From assembly GCA_002390675.1 (NCBI GenBank), contig DGPZ01000106.1, positions 48,737-112,736 of the forward strand: 64,000 nt of DNA. The letters are read 5' to 3'. Under the pieces are notes generated by a model, which saw nothing but the letters and a program-made list of their open reading frames with translations, ran no database searches and was not told where the DNA came from. A program made the translations under genes and the position numbers. Below, piece after piece: positions 35,585 to 45,919 of the stretch (its first letter is position 1; each line of letters opens with the position of its first letter). This DNA comes from Deltaproteobacteria bacterium UBA4427 (GTDB lineage Bacteria; Myxococcota_A; UBA9160; UBA4427).

Positions 35585-38224
35585 ATGTCCCTCCCATCCC
35601 GGGAGATTAGAGAGACTTTTCTTAGCTACTTCGAGGAGCGTGGCCACCGCCGCGTTGCGAGCTCACCGCTCGTGCCGGAGTCCGATCCGACCTTGATGTT
35701 CGTGAATGCGGGCATGGTCCCCTTCAAGCGAGCCTTCCTCGGCGAAGAAACGCGCGACTATGTCCGCGCGACGAGCAGCCAAAAGTGCATGCGCGTCTCG
35801 GGTAAGCACAACGACCTCGAGAACGTGGGTCGCACTGCACGCCACCACACCTTCTTCGAGATGCTCGGCAACTTTTCATTTGGCGATTACTTCAAGGAAG
35901 AGGCGATCGAGCAGGCTTGGGGATTGCTGATCGAAGGCGTTGGTTTCAATCCAGACGACCTTTGTATCTCGGTATTCCAAGAGGACGACGAGGCCTACGA
36001 CATCTGGAAGAACAAGATCGGGATTCCCGAGTCGAAGCTCTACCGCCTAGACGAGAAGGAAAATTTCTGGTCTATGGGCGATACCGGCCCCTGCGGTCCG
36101 TGTTCTGAGATTCACTTCGATTGGGGCGAACTCGCAGAGCACCCGAATGATGATCCGTCGAGTGAGACGGGTCGCTTCATGGAAATTTGGAACCTCGTCT
36201 TCATGCAGTTCAATCGGGATGCAAGTGGAGAAATGACGCCGCTCCCGAAGCCGTCGATTGATACCGGTGGCGGACTCGAACGTTGGGCGGGAGTACTGCA
36301 AGGCAAGCGCTCGACCTGGGAGTCGGATTCGTTTACGCCGCTGATTACGCGTGCTGGCGAACTTACGAATATCATCCCTGGTGCGTCCGACGAGTCTGAT
36401 GTCTCGCTTCGCGTTGTGGCAGATCATGCGCGTGCGCTTTCGTTTTTGATCGGTGATGGCATTCTGCCTAGCAACGCTGGGCGCGGCTACGTGCTTCGTC
36501 GCATCCTCAGGCGGGCCGCTCGGCACGGCAAGCTGCTCGGACAAGACACGCCCTTTATCCATTCGGTTGCAGACAAAGTCATCGATGAGATGGGAGAGGC
36601 ATTTCCGGAGCTTCTCGACCGCCGTACTTACATCACGGACCGGATTCGCCGCGAAGAAGAGCGCTTCCTTGAAACGCTGACGAAGGGGATCGATCTCCTC
36701 GACGGCGAGATCGACACGCTGAAGGCGAAAGGCCAGACGACGCTCCCTGGCGATACGATCTTTAAGCTCTACGACACTTTCGGATTTCCGGTTGATCTCA
36801 CGGCGGACATTCTTGTCGGTCACGGCATGGAGCTTGATCAGTCGGGCTTTGATGATGCGATGTCGGCCCAGAAGACTCGTGCCCGCGCCTCCTGGAAGGG
36901 AAGTGGCGATACGGCAGTTCAAGAGGTCTTCAGCCGGATTGGGAATGATGTCCAGACGACCTTTCGTGGCTATGAGGCGCTCGAATTCGAATCTCCCGTG
37001 ACAGTCCTGTTGAAGGGCGGCGAGGCGATTGATTCCGCGCGCGAAGGGGACGAGATTGAATTGATCTTTACGGAGACGCCTTTCTACGCGGAGAGCGGCG
37101 GCCAGATGGGCGATCGCGGCACGATTTCGACGGAGACCGGTAAGGTAGAAGTGCGCGATGTGCAGAAGCCCGTTGCGGGACTCTTTGTGCACCAGGGTAT
37201 TGTTGTTGAGGGCGAGGTTGCTGTCGATCAAGAGGCGCGCCTAGTCGTTGATGCGAATACGCGACAAGCGACAATTCGGAATCACACAGGTACGCATCTT
37301 TTGCATGCCTCTCTACGCGCGACGTTAGGTGATCAGGCCATGCAGAAGGGCTCCCTCGTGGGGCCGGCGCGCTTGCGTTTCGACTTCACTCACGATTCGC
37401 CCCTCACGCAGGATGAGCTGGAGGAGATCGAAGACCGCGTGAACGAGATGATCGAATCGAATCAAGGCGGCGAGACTCGGGAAATGGATTATCCGTCGGC
37501 CATTAAGGCCGGAGCGATCGCGATTTTCGATGAGAAATATGGCGATCAGGTTCGAGTCGTTTCCTTCGGAGACTGCAGTACCGAGCTTTGCGGCGGCACA
37601 CACGCCAGCGCAACAGGCGATATCGGCTTGCTCAAAATCGTGTCCGAGACAGGTATTGCTGCAGGCATTAGGCGCATCGAAGCGCTCACCGGAATGGGCG
37701 CACTTCGCCATATCCGCGAACAGGAACGCCTTGCCACGGATGCCGCGGAACGGCTCAAGGTGCCTCTGGCTGAACTGCCGATCCGGGTGGGAAAGCTTCT
37801 TGAGGAACGGAAAGATGCGCAGAAGCAGATAGATGATCTTCGCGCCCGCAAGTCGGGTGGTGGAGGAAACGATCTATTCGCGACCGCTCGGCCGATTGCG
37901 GCCTTTGAAGGCGCGCAGGCGATCGCGGGCATCGTGGAAGATGCGGACGCGAAGGCGATGCGCACCATGGTCGATGATTTCAGGAACCGCATCGGAAGCG
38001 GCGTCGTCTGTCTCGCGGCGGCCAACGGAGACAAGGCGCTTTTGGCAATCGGTGTGACAAAGGATTTGACAGATCGGCTGAAGGCTGGAGATTTGATCCG
38101 TGAAGTCGCGGGCGTCGTCGGCGGTGGCGGTGGAGGGCGACCCGACTTCGCTCAGGCCGGCGGCAAGGATCCGAGCAAGCTTGCAGAGGCGATCGCAAAG
38201 TTCAACGAATTGCTGGGCGACTGA
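35585..38224 (+). CDS. alaS: alanine--tRNA ligase
   Basis: MSLPSREIRETFLSYFEERGHRRVASSPLVP...FVNAGM...KCMRVSGKHNDLENVG...HHTFFEMLGN, the editing-domain HTGTHLL, and the C-terminal GGGGGRPDFAQAGG. Confidence 0.97.
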   Translation: MSLPSREIRETFLSYFEERGHRRVASSPLVPESDPTLMFVNAGMVPFKRAFLGEETRDYVRATSSQKCMRVSGKHNDLENVGRTARHHTFFEMLGNFSFGDYFKEEAIEQAWGLLIEGVGFNPDDLCISVFQEDDEAYDIWKNKIGIPESKLYRLDEKENFWSMGDTGPCGPCSEIHFDWGELAEHPNDDPSSETGRFMEIWNLVFMQFNRDASGEMTPLPKPSIDTGGGLERWAGVLQGKRSTWESDSFTPLITRAGELTNIIPGASDESDVSLRVVADHARALSFLIGDGILPSNAGRGYVLRRILRRAARHGKLLGQDTPFIHSVADKVIDEMGEAFPELLDRRTYITDRIRREEERFLETLTKGIDLLDGEIDTLKAKGQTTLPGDTIFKLYDTFGFPVDLTADILVGHGMELDQSGFDDAMSAQKTRARASWKGSGDTAVQEVFSRIGNDVQTTFRGYEALEFESPVTVLLKGGEAIDSAREGDEIELIFTETPFYAESGGQMGDRGTISTETGKVEVRDVQKPVAGLFVHQGIVVEGEVAVDQEARLVVDANTRQATIRNHTGTHLLHASLRATLGDQAMQKGSLVGPARLRFDFTHDSPLTQDELEEIEDRVNEMIESNQGGETREMDYPSAIKAGAIAIFDEKYGDQVRVVSFGDCSTELCGGTHASATGDIGLLKIVSETGIAAGIRRIEALTGMGALRHIREQERLATDAAERLKVPLAELPIRVGKLLEERKDAQKQIDDLRARKSGGGGNDLFATARPIAAFEGAQAIAGIVEDADAKAMRTMVDDFRNRIGSGVVCLAAANGDKALLAIGVTKDLTDRLKAGDLIREVAGVVGGGGGGRPDFAQAGGKDPSKLAEAIAKFNELLGD

Positions 38225-40314
38225 TGAGTCAGCTCGGGCCCGTCCCTGGAATCGGCGACTACTTTCGGCCCGTTCGTCGCCGGACGCGTGTGGTTCATGT
38301 GGGCGACGTAGCGATTGGAGGGGACCATCCCGTTCGCATCCAGTCGATGACCAACACGGATACTATGGATACCGCGGCGACGGTTGAGCAGGCCATTCGT
38401 CTCGCGGACGTTGGCTGCGAAATCGTACGCGTGACAGCGCCGTCGATTCGTGACGCGGAGAACCTACGCATGATTCGTGCGGGGCTGCGTGCCCGTGGCT
38501 GCGAAGTTCCTTTGGTTGCGGATATTCACTTCACGCCTAACGCAGCGATGATCGCTGCTAATGTGGTCGAGAAGGTTCGGATCAATCCGGGGAACTACGC
38601 GGATAAGAAGAAATTCGAAGTTCGCGACTATGACGATTCTCAGTATGAGGCGGAGATCGATCGGGTTCATGAGCGGTTTCGCCCCCTTGTGAAACGCTGC
38701 CGTGAGAACGGCGTCGCAATGCGAATCGGCACGAATCATGGTTCGTTGTCCGATCGCATCATGAACCGCTTCGGGGATACCGCCGAGGGAATGGTCGAGA
38801 GCGCTCTCGAATTTCTCGATGTCTGCGAGGAAGAGAGCTATTTCGACGTCATCTTTTCGATGAAGGCGTCGAATACGCAGGTCGCTATTCAGGCCTATCG
38901 GCTTTTGGCAGCGCGGCTGGAAGCGCGCGCCCCCGGCGAGCCTTCCTACCCGTTTCACGTTGGAGTGACTGAAGCAGGCGACTCCGAAGATGGCCGGATC
39001 AAGAGCGCAATTGGCATTGGCTCGTTGCTGGAAGATGGGCTCGGGGACACTATCCGCGTCTCCCTTACTGAGGATCCGGTTCGCGAGGTTCCTGTCGCTC
39101 GAGGGATCGCTGCTCGGGCCGCAAGCGCAAGCCTCGTTCGAGCTGCACACAACGAAACGATCGACGTCGCATCGCCGCCGTTCGCTAATTTTTTCGCCCA
39201 CGCGCGACGCGCGACCGATCCGTTGAACTGGCAGGGCCTTCAGGCGGGTGGAGAGGAGCCGGTTCGGGTTGAAGTCGAGGTGGCGGATGCTCTGGTGGAT
39301 CCACCGGGCGCCGCGGCTCGGCTCGCAATGGATCTCTCGGGTCTCCGCGATATCGAATGCGAGTCTCTGTTAGTGGACGGAGGATCGGGGGATCCGAACG
39401 CGCTAGGCATTTTTCGAGAAGAGCTCACCTCTCTCGGCGTTGTGTTGCCGATTTCGCTTCGCGTCTCGCTCAGCACTTCCGAATGGGCTTCGGCCGTCTT
39501 GAGCGGGGTCGGTCGAGTAGTGTGCACCCTGAACGGAGCTTCTTCTGCATCGGATGATGCCTTGAGGGTCTTTGCGATAGAGGCTCTCGGACGAGGGATT
39601 CCAGTCGAATGGGAACTGGATTGCAAAGACGCCGAGATCCCAGGATGGGTGGCCAAGCTAGCCGTGCTCCCGGTCGGATCCTCCCCCGCCGCCCTGAGCC
39701 TTTTTGAGACGGCCTCGTTACACGACTACAGAGTGCTCGTCTCGGCCCTCGGAGATCATGGTTTCGAACGCACGCCGATCGTCCTGCGTCAGGCAGTGCC
39801 CAAGTCCCCGGCCATTGCGAGTGGGATTGATGTTTCTGGCGTGCCTGAATCGGCTTTGCTCGATGCTTCCGTGCGACTAGGGGGCCTGTTATGTGATGGT
39901 ATCGGAGACATCGTCTCGCTTCGCTCGGAAGTCGGCGCCGCGTCCGTTGTCGATCTGGCGTACCGCGTGCTGCAAGGCGCCCGCCAGCGCGCAACCCGCA
40001 CCGAGTACATCTCGTGTCCCTCATGCGGCCGAACACTTTTCGACCTCGAAGAGATCACTGCACGGATCAAGGCGAAAACGGATCATCTGCGAGGTGTCAA
40101 AATCGCGGTGATGGGCTGCATTGTGAACGGTCCCGGCGAGATGGCGGACGCAGATTTCGGCTACGTCGGTTCCGGTGTGGGGCAGGTCACGCTCTACGTT
40201 GGGCAAGAAGTTGTCGCACGAGCCGTTCCCGAGGCATACGCGACAGATCGTCTCGTGGATCTCATTCGCGAGCATGGCGCCTGGGTCGAACCCGGCGAGA
40301 CCGACGTCGCTTAG
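38224..40314 (+). CDS. ispG: 4-hydroxy-3-methylbut-2-enyl diphosphate synthase IspG (GcpE), long form with inserted domain
   Basis: RRRTRVVHVGDVAIGGDHPVRIQSMTNTDT (TIM barrel) and ISCPSCGRTLFDLE...VMGCIVNGPGE (4Fe-4S domain) are separated by about 300 extra residues. At 696 aa it is far longer than the short form. ATG 38224 overlaps the alaS stop. Confidence 0.93.
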   Translation: MSQLGPVPGIGDYFRPVRRRTRVVHVGDVAIGGDHPVRIQSMTNTDTMDTAATVEQAIRLADVGCEIVRVTAPSIRDAENLRMIRAGLRARGCEVPLVADIHFTPNAAMIAANVVEKVRINPGNYADKKKFEVRDYDDSQYEAEIDRVHERFRPLVKRCRENGVAMRIGTNHGSLSDRIMNRFGDTAEGMVESALEFLDVCEEESYFDVIFSMKASNTQVAIQAYRLLAARLEARAPGEPSYPFHVGVTEAGDSEDGRIKSAIGIGSLLEDGLGDTIRVSLTEDPVREVPVARGIAARAASASLVRAAHNETIDVASPPFANFFAHARRATDPLNWQGLQAGGEEPVRVEVEVADALVDPPGAAARLAMDLSGLRDIECESLLVDGGSGDPNALGIFREELTSLGVVLPISLRVSLSTSEWASAVLSGVGRVVCTLNGASSASDDALRVFAIEALGRGIPVEWELDCKDAEIPGWVAKLAVLPVGSSPAALSLFETASLHDYRVLVSALGDHGFERTPIVLRQAVPKSPAIASGIDVSGVPESALLDASVRLGGLLCDGIGDIVSLRSEVGAASVVDLAYRVLQGARQRATRTEYISCPSCGRTLFDLEEITARIKAKTDHLRGVKIAVMGCIVNGPGEMADADFGYVGSGVGQVTLYVGQEVVARAVPEAYATDRLVDLIREHGAWVEPGETDVA

Positions 40315-40356
40315 TAGGCGGCGCGTCTGCTTTGGCGGCGGCCGGGTTGCCCGGTA

Positions 40357-40890
40357 TTAGTCCCTGAACCACTTGCTGGGCGAGGTGACGGAGGGAACGC
40401 GGCCTTCTAGGTCTTCGAGGCTGCTGCCCTGGGCGCTGCTCCACTCTTCAACGATTTCGACGCTGAGCGCGCCTTCGGTGGCGGGGTGATCCGGTCCGAC
40501 GAGCCAAAGTGCGATTAACACGAGCACCGCGGCAATGATCGATCCCTCCGCGAGGCCAAGTGCGCCGCCTCCCGCGCGGTCTGCCCATCCGAGGCCCGCG
40601 AACTGGACGCCGAGCTTCATCAGCTTCGCGGCGACTCCGCAGGCGAGGATCGTGGCCATCACGAGCAGAACACCTGCGATCCAGACAGCCGTCCTTCCGG
40701 TGATTTCACCGTTGGTCAACTCGGTGAGCTGAATCGTCAACGGGTCGACGAAGAGCCTCGTCACGATCGTGCAAATTCCGATCGCGGCAAGTGAGAGGCC
40801 CTCTCGCACCAGCCCAATAAAGAGCCCGCGGATGAGGGCTGCGAAGATCACAGTGCCCGTAATTATATCCATCAGAGGAAGGTCGCTCAT
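40357..40890 (-). CDS. cvpA: CvpA-family membrane protein
   Basis: A protein with four TM helices and GLGWADRAGGGALGLAEG, the CvpA signature loop. Confidence 0.75.
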   Translation of the reverse strand: MSDLPLMDIITGTVIFAALIRGLFIGLVREGLSLAAIGICTIVTRLFVDPLTIQLTELTNGEITGRTAVWIAGVLLVMATILACGVAAKLMKLGVQFAGLGWADRAGGGALGLAEGSIIAAVLVLIALWLVGPDHPATEGALSVEIVEEWSSAQGSSLEDLEGRVPSVTSPSKWFRD

Positions 40891-41945
40891 TTGTCGCGGC
40901 CGCTCGCGAGGTCGGTGGTCTTCCAGCCGCCAGAGGAATCGGAGCTGTCCTTGCGCGGCTGCTGCGGGGACTCCGGGGCGGAAACGTTGCTAGGCAATGA
41001 AGCGGCTACGTCGGAGAATGAGAGATCCGCTTCGGCGTCTTTGTTTGGGGCGCCGAAGCCGGAATTCGAGGGGGCTACCGGGGCGCGCCGAGTCCCACGC
41101 ACGAGGCGCATATACATCCGGGCTTCATCGCGATTCGGATCTTTCTCGAGAACCGAGTCCCATTCCCTGACGGCTTCCGGCGTTCGGCCCATCGTGTAGT
41201 ACGTTAGGCCGAGTTGAACCTGGCTATTGAGTAGCGAGGGCTGTAGCCTGAGGATGCGCTGAAGTTCCTGAATGGCTTGAGCGGGCAGTCCGGCCTCGCG
41301 AAGCGTGATCGCGAGGCGATGCCGGATATCGTGAAAGGTCGGACAGCGTTCGAGTGCGCCGCGGTACTGCGCAATCGCATCTCGTCTTTCTCCGGCTTCG
41401 ACCAACGCATCGGCAAGCAGAGCTTGTTGGTTTGCTAGTTTGCCACGCGTTGTCGGATCGAGGCCCGCCGCCGAAGGGCGGGAGAGCTGGCTTGCGCGCT
41501 CGGCGTAGCCCTGAGACCGATCGAATTCACCGCGGCGTTCGTGCAAACTGGCCAAGGCGAGGAGTGCCTCCACGTAGGAGGGATTGATTCGAATCGATTC
41601 GCGTAGCTCTGTGAGTGCGCCCTCGAGCTCGCCGAGTCGTTCCTGAATCATGCCGATCATGTAGTGGACGTCCGCATAACGAACGCCATGAGCGACAAGC
41701 CGGCGCAGGCTAGTAAGCGCTTGCTCATCATCGCCGCAGGCAAACGCGCGTCGGCCGTGCAACAGGATTTCACGATTACTCGCGACGTCGCCGAGCTGAA
41801 TTTGCTGCCCGACTTGGACTTCTAGCCCTATGTCCGTTTTTGAATCAGCAGCCTTTGAGTCCGTAACCTTGTCCGTTGACACGGCCTTGTGAGACGACGC
41901 GTGGGCGTCGCTTCGAATGATTGATTGGCTCGGTCCCTGATCCAT
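40887..41945 (-). CDS. tetratricopeptide (TPR) repeat protein
   Basis: Repeated 34-aa Ala/Tyr/Leu patterns (e.g. ADVHYMIGMIQERLGELEGALTELRESIRINPSYVEALLALASLHERRGEFDRS). It overlaps the cvpA start by 4 nt. Confidence 0.7.
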   Translation of the reverse strand: MDQGPSQSIIRSDAHASSHKAVSTDKVTDSKAADSKTDIGLEVQVGQQIQLGDVASNREILLHGRRAFACGDDEQALTSLRRLVAHGVRYADVHYMIGMIQERLGELEGALTELRESIRINPSYVEALLALASLHERRGEFDRSQGYAERASQLSRPSAAGLDPTTRGKLANQQALLADALVEAGERRDAIAQYRGALERCPTFHDIRHRLAITLREAGLPAQAIQELQRILRLQPSLLNSQVQLGLTYYTMGRTPEAVREWDSVLEKDPNRDEARMYMRLVRGTRRAPVAPSNSGFGAPNKDAEADLSFSDVAASLPSNVSAPESPQQPRKDSSDSSGGWKTTDLASGRDK

Positions 41946-42096
41946 CGTATCCCCCCGGAAACGCTGCGATCTTCACGTTGAACGCGCCTCAGGATGACAT
42001 TTCGTCCAGCATGCGTCGAGGGCAAGGCAGTCCGGGATGCCAATGAAATCGCGTTGCTCCCCCAATCTGGAGCGAGAAGCCAGGCTATTCGGCTCG

Positions 42097-42912
42097 CTAT
42101 TCGGCTTGGGCGATCCTGGCACGGGCGCGCTCGGCGGACGAAGAATCTGCGTAGTTTTCGACTACCACGTGGTAGAGCCGGAGAGCCTCGTCTTTCAGGC
42201 GCATATTTTCGAGGCAGACACCGAGTCGGTAGAGCGCTCGGGAGTCGAGGCCGAGCCCGGGATATTCGTCGAGTACCCGGCGGTAGCGAGCGGCGGCAGA
42301 TTGCCAGTGGGTGCGGTCGAGATAGAAGTCAGCGATGTGCAGCATGTTGCGCGCGAGACGAGTTCGGAGCCTTACCAAGATCTCTTCGCCTTCTCGGGTT
42401 TCTTCGGCGTAGGGATGTTCTCGGATCAGTTTCTCAAGGGAGGCGCTGGCCTCAAACGTCGAGCTTTGATCGCGGTCCACAGACTCGATCTGGTTGTAGT
42501 GGCATTTGGCCGCGCGGAGCAGCGTATAGGCAACCTTGGGATGCTGTGGATGGAGGTCTGCGAAGTCCTGGTAGTAGGCGAGGGCTTCCTCGTATCGCTC
42601 ATCATCGAAGTAGGCGTCGGCAATTTTTAGCTGCGCCTTCTGCTCGTATTCGGAATAGGGGTAGTTATCGACGATGGCCTGGAAGCTCTCGATCGCCGCG
42701 TCGTAATTGATAAAAGCGAAGAGCCAAAGGATCTTGCGGCCCTTCAGCGTCTCCATCCCGTCGGCGTAGAGCTCCTCCGCGGGCTTAGCGTCCTCGAATA
42801 CAGCGGTATTCGACGCGCATCCGGCCGCAAAGAGCAGCGCGAGGGCAAGCAGAACAAGCCGAGTCGGTTGTTGGCGGGGCGAGGGCATCGACGTCGAAAA
42901 ATTGAGTGGCAA
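42097..42912 (-). CDS. bamD: outer membrane protein assembly factor BamD (YfiO/ComL lipoprotein)
   Basis: Lipobox LLFAAGC, then AEELYADGMETLKG...AIESFQAIVDNYPYSEYEQKAQLKIADAYF...HPQHPKVAYTLLRAAKCHY...ADFYLDRTHWQSAAARYRRVLDEYP. Confidence 0.8.
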   Translation of the reverse strand: MPLNFSTSMPSPRQQPTRLVLLALALLFAAGCASNTAVFEDAKPAEELYADGMETLKGRKILWLFAFINYDAAIESFQAIVDNYPYSEYEQKAQLKIADAYFDDERYEEALAYYQDFADLHPQHPKVAYTLLRAAKCHYNQIESVDRDQSSTFEASASLEKLIREHPYAEETREGEEILVRLRTRLARNMLHIADFYLDRTHWQSAAARYRRVLDEYPGLGLDSRALYRLGVCLENMRLKDEALRLYHVVVENYADSSSAERARARIAQAE

Positions 42913-43175
42913 TGAATTCTCCGAGGCGCACGCTATCGGCGAGGGCGGGTTCAGTCAATTTGAAGCCGGAGGCATGCGGCAGGTTCCGTGAGAGCCTGCT
43001 AGCCTCCGCCGCCGCAGCGGCACCGACGACTCTCGGATCACTCCAGGAATCGGGTTGCCGTGCCGGTGTCTCGATCGGCGATTTGTCGACTCGGTCGAGG
43101 CCGACCCCACTTGGTTTATGGTTTAGTGCGGGACCCCAACCCGCCCCATCACGCAAAGTATCGGAGAATATAGTC

Positions 43176-43592
43176 ATGGATCGAGAATCGGTAGAACGTT
43201 TGCGATTCGATCGGCGCCTCGCACGTCGACGTGACTGGGTCGATGAGAATGATGTCCAGGCAAACATCGATGCGCTTCCCGACCTCACGGACAAGATGAC
43301 GACCGTGGCCGAACTCGAAGCCGAGGAGGCTGCGACGGCAGAAGCTGCTGCGTTAGAAACGCCGGCGCCCGCAGTCATTGAAGCCGAAGCGCCCGTACCG
43401 ATAGCAGGCGAATTCGGTGGCCCGACGAATTCGGGCGAATCTTCCTTTGGCGGCGGCTTCGGGGGCAGTACCCTCGACCGAACTTTTGACCGAACTGCGG
43501 AGAGCAATCCTGGCGAATCGGACGGCGCCGCGAACAACAACACGGACAACGACGACCGCAACACCAACGAAGGCGGATCGTCCTTCTCCTGA
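43176..43592 (+). CDS. hypothetical protein (conserved-looking basic N-terminus, acidic low-complexity tail)
   Basis: MDRESVERLRFDRRLARRRDWVDENDVQANIDALPDLTDK... ATG 43176 has GGAGA upstream. The track's 42906 start would extend it through the bamD promoter region. Confidence 0.55.
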   Translation: MDRESVERLRFDRRLARRRDWVDENDVQANIDALPDLTDKMTTVAELEAEEAATAEAAALETPAPAVIEAEAPVPIAGEFGGPTNSGESSFGGGFGGSTLDRTFDRTAESNPGESDGAANNNTDNDDRNTNEGGSSFS

Positions 43593-43657
43593 TCCTGCCC
43601 GGAGCGAGTTGCCGAGGGGCGGCGCGTTCCTGATTCCGCAGCGGTGAACCCGATCGC

Positions 43658-44287
43658 ATGATCAAAGAGAATCTTGGCCACCGGATCGACGGGTGGATCC
43701 ATACGCTCTTCCCGTTCCTGTTTTGGCGGGCGCTGAATCCCGATTTGCTGACGGTCCTTGGGACCGTTATCGCGGGTGCGTCAGGGCTCGCTTTTGCGTC
43801 TGGAGAGCTGCGACTCGGCGGCATATTGCTGCTATTCGGCGGATTCTTCGACCTTGTCGATGGCGTTGTGGCTCGCCATTTCGGTATATCCACGCGATTT
43901 GGAGCGTTCTTAGACTCGAGCCTCGACCGCGTTGTCGACATTTTGGCGATGGTCGGGCTTCTTGCCTGGTTCGTGGATCTTGGGCAGCCTGAATGGGCCG
44001 CGATATGCGCTTGGATCCTCGTCGCGACGGTCCTCACCTCATACGCGAAGGCCCGTGCTGAGCTGATCATCGAGAGGATACCCGGCGGGCTTCTTGAAAG
44101 AGGCGAGCGGGTAGGGCTGCTGATTATTGGTTCTCTGACGGGCTGGCTGTCGCCGGTGCTGGTCATATTGGCGTTGGGATCGAGTGTGACGGTGGGGCAG
44201 CGCTTCCTCTACGCTTACCGAGAGATGCACCGACTGGATCGCGAAGAACGAGCCGCAGCATGCGAGGAAGCGAAGGACACACCATGA
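43658..44287 (+). CDS. CDP-alcohol phosphatidyltransferase family protein
   Basis: DLVDGVVARHFGISTRFGAFLDSSLDRVVD matches D-x2-DG-x2-AR-x8-G-x3-D-x3-D exactly. Multi-pass membrane protein. Confidence 0.85.
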   Translation: MIKENLGHRIDGWIHTLFPFLFWRALNPDLLTVLGTVIAGASGLAFASGELRLGGILLLFGGFFDLVDGVVARHFGISTRFGAFLDSSLDRVVDILAMVGLLAWFVDLGQPEWAAICAWILVATVLTSYAKARAELIIERIPGGLLERGERVGLLIIGSLTGWLSPVLVILALGSSVTVGQRFLYAYREMHRLDREERAAACEEAKDTP

Positions 44288-44610
44288 CTTCTCAGGACGA
44301 GACGACAGGCCCAAAGGCAAAAGAAGAGACAGGCGAATCGGCGGTGACAGGTTCCGGAGATCTTCCGAAGGTCGATTTTTCGACCTTCGTGCTTTCTCTA
44401 GGAACGACAGCGCTCTACCAGCTGGGTGCGATGCCGGACCCGGCGAGCGGGGAGTCCGTAGAAGCCGATCCGCTCGTCGCGCAGCAGGCCATCGACACCC
44501 TCGAGATGTTGCGAGATAAGACGATTGGGAATCTTGACGACTCGGAGCGACAGCTGGTCGATTCGCTGCTCTATGAGCTGCGCATGCGTTTTGTCGAGAA
44601 CACGCGGTGA
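44284..44610 (+). CDS. DUF1844-like small protein
   Basis: DFSTFVLSLGTTALYQLG...AQQAIDTLEMLRDKTIGNLDDSERQLVDSLLYELRMRFVE. ATG 44284 overlaps the upstream stop (ATGA). Confidence 0.65.
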   Translation: MTSQDETTGPKAKEETGESAVTGSGDLPKVDFSTFVLSLGTTALYQLGAMPDPASGESVEADPLVAQQAIDTLEMLRDKTIGNLDDSERQLVDSLLYELRMRFVENTR

Positions 44611-45605
44611 TCGAATGGGGCCAGGGTGAGAGTCCGGGCCGGCTCACGCTTCGGACTCCCGCAAAGGTCAACCTTGGCCTTCGACTCGTCGGGCAGCGGG
44701 CGGACGGATATCACCTGATCGAAAGCCTCTTTGTCCCAATCGATCTCTATGACGAGATCGAACTCGCCTGGCATGCTGGGCCCGACGCAATCCAGTTCTC
44801 CCTCGAATTCGCCGCCGATTGCGAATTGCCTCTAGGACTTTCGGATGTGACTGCGGGCCCGGACAATTTGGTCGTAAGGGCTGCCGAAGCATTTCGCGAG
44901 ACTTCGGGCCAGGCCGGAACACTGGAAATCCGGCTGAGGAAGAGAATTCCCGCAGGTGCCGGCCTCGGAGGCGGATCGAGCGATGCGGGTGCGGTTTTGG
45001 CAGGCCTCGCACGTCTGGCCGGGACGGATTCTCCTGATTCGGACGCTCTTGCGGCCATGGCGCTCCAGCTTGGCGCGGATGTGCCGTATTTCCTCGCTCC
45101 GGAGCCCGCATTCGTGTCGGGTATCGGAGAACAGATCGAACCAATCGATTCGCTGCCGAGCTTCGCCCTCGTGATCGCGAATCCGGGGATTTCCGTCGCA
45201 ACGGCGGAGGTCTACAGAGTTGCCGACCTGCTGCGCGATTCGTTGACGGAGCCCGAGGCAGGCTCTACGATGCGGGCGATTTCGAGGCTGCGAGGTGGCG
45301 TCGCGGACCAGGCGCCCGTCCTTGCGGATCTCCTCGTCAACGATCTCGAACCTGCTGCAACCCGACTCTGTCCCCCAATTGGCCGTCTACTCGGCCGACT
45401 GAAAGAGGCAGGAGCCCTTAGCGTGGTCATGTCGGGGAGTGGTGGGACGGTCTTTGGCGTGTTTCCCGACAGGGAGGCAGCGGAGATGGCTGCCAAGGTA
45501 CTGCGGGTCAATGTGAATACAAAAGAAGTGCAAGTGTCGGGCGGGATCATGCCCCACGAAGCCTTCATTCGTGTGACCCGGACCCTCTCTGATTTTCAGG
45601 TCTGA
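44607..45605 (+). CDS. ispE: 4-(cytidine 5'-diphospho)-2-C-methyl-D-erythritol kinase
   Basis: PAKVNLGLRLVGQRADGYHLIESLFVPIDLYDEIEL and the GHMP motif IPAGAGLGGGSSDAGAVL. GTG 44607 overlaps the upstream stop. Confidence 0.9.
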   Translation: MIEWGQGESPGRLTLRTPAKVNLGLRLVGQRADGYHLIESLFVPIDLYDEIELAWHAGPDAIQFSLEFAADCELPLGLSDVTAGPDNLVVRAAEAFRETSGQAGTLEIRLRKRIPAGAGLGGGSSDAGAVLAGLARLAGTDSPDSDALAAMALQLGADVPYFLAPEPAFVSGIGEQIEPIDSLPSFALVIANPGISVATAEVYRVADLLRDSLTEPEAGSTMRAISRLRGGVADQAPVLADLLVNDLEPAATRLCPPIGRLLGRLKEAGALSVVMSGSGGTVFGVFPDREAAEMAAKVLRVNVNTKEVQVSGGIMPHEAFIRVTRTLSDFQV

Positions 45606-45645
45606 TTCACAGAAGAGGAACAGCTAAAAGTTTGAAGAAAATTCT

Positions 45646-45720
<75 letters not shown>

Positions 45721-45919
45721 CTCACCCTTGCTTGGCCACGGCGGTGAAGCGAATGACCGATTCGTAAACGGCCGAACAGGCAGGCGACCAAACAGGCAAA
45801 CTAGACAAGTCGGCCTCAGTAGAGGCGATCGGGCGTTCGAAGACGGAAGTTCTTCGAGATGCCAGGGCTTCGGTCCTTAAGAAGCGTTCGTAGAGCTTAT
45901 AGGGCAGGGGCTGCACATC

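Noticed and set aside
36047-37231. 394-aa minus-strand ORF
   Set aside because: It is antisense to alaS, whose + frame has unambiguous class II aaRS motifs.
42785-43702. 305-aa minus-strand ORF, and the 42906 start of the + strand ORF
   Set aside because: The minus ORF is antisense to the 43176 gene and overlaps both the bamD and phosphatidyltransferase ends. The 42906 start would overlap bamD's start region and adds non-protein-like sequence.
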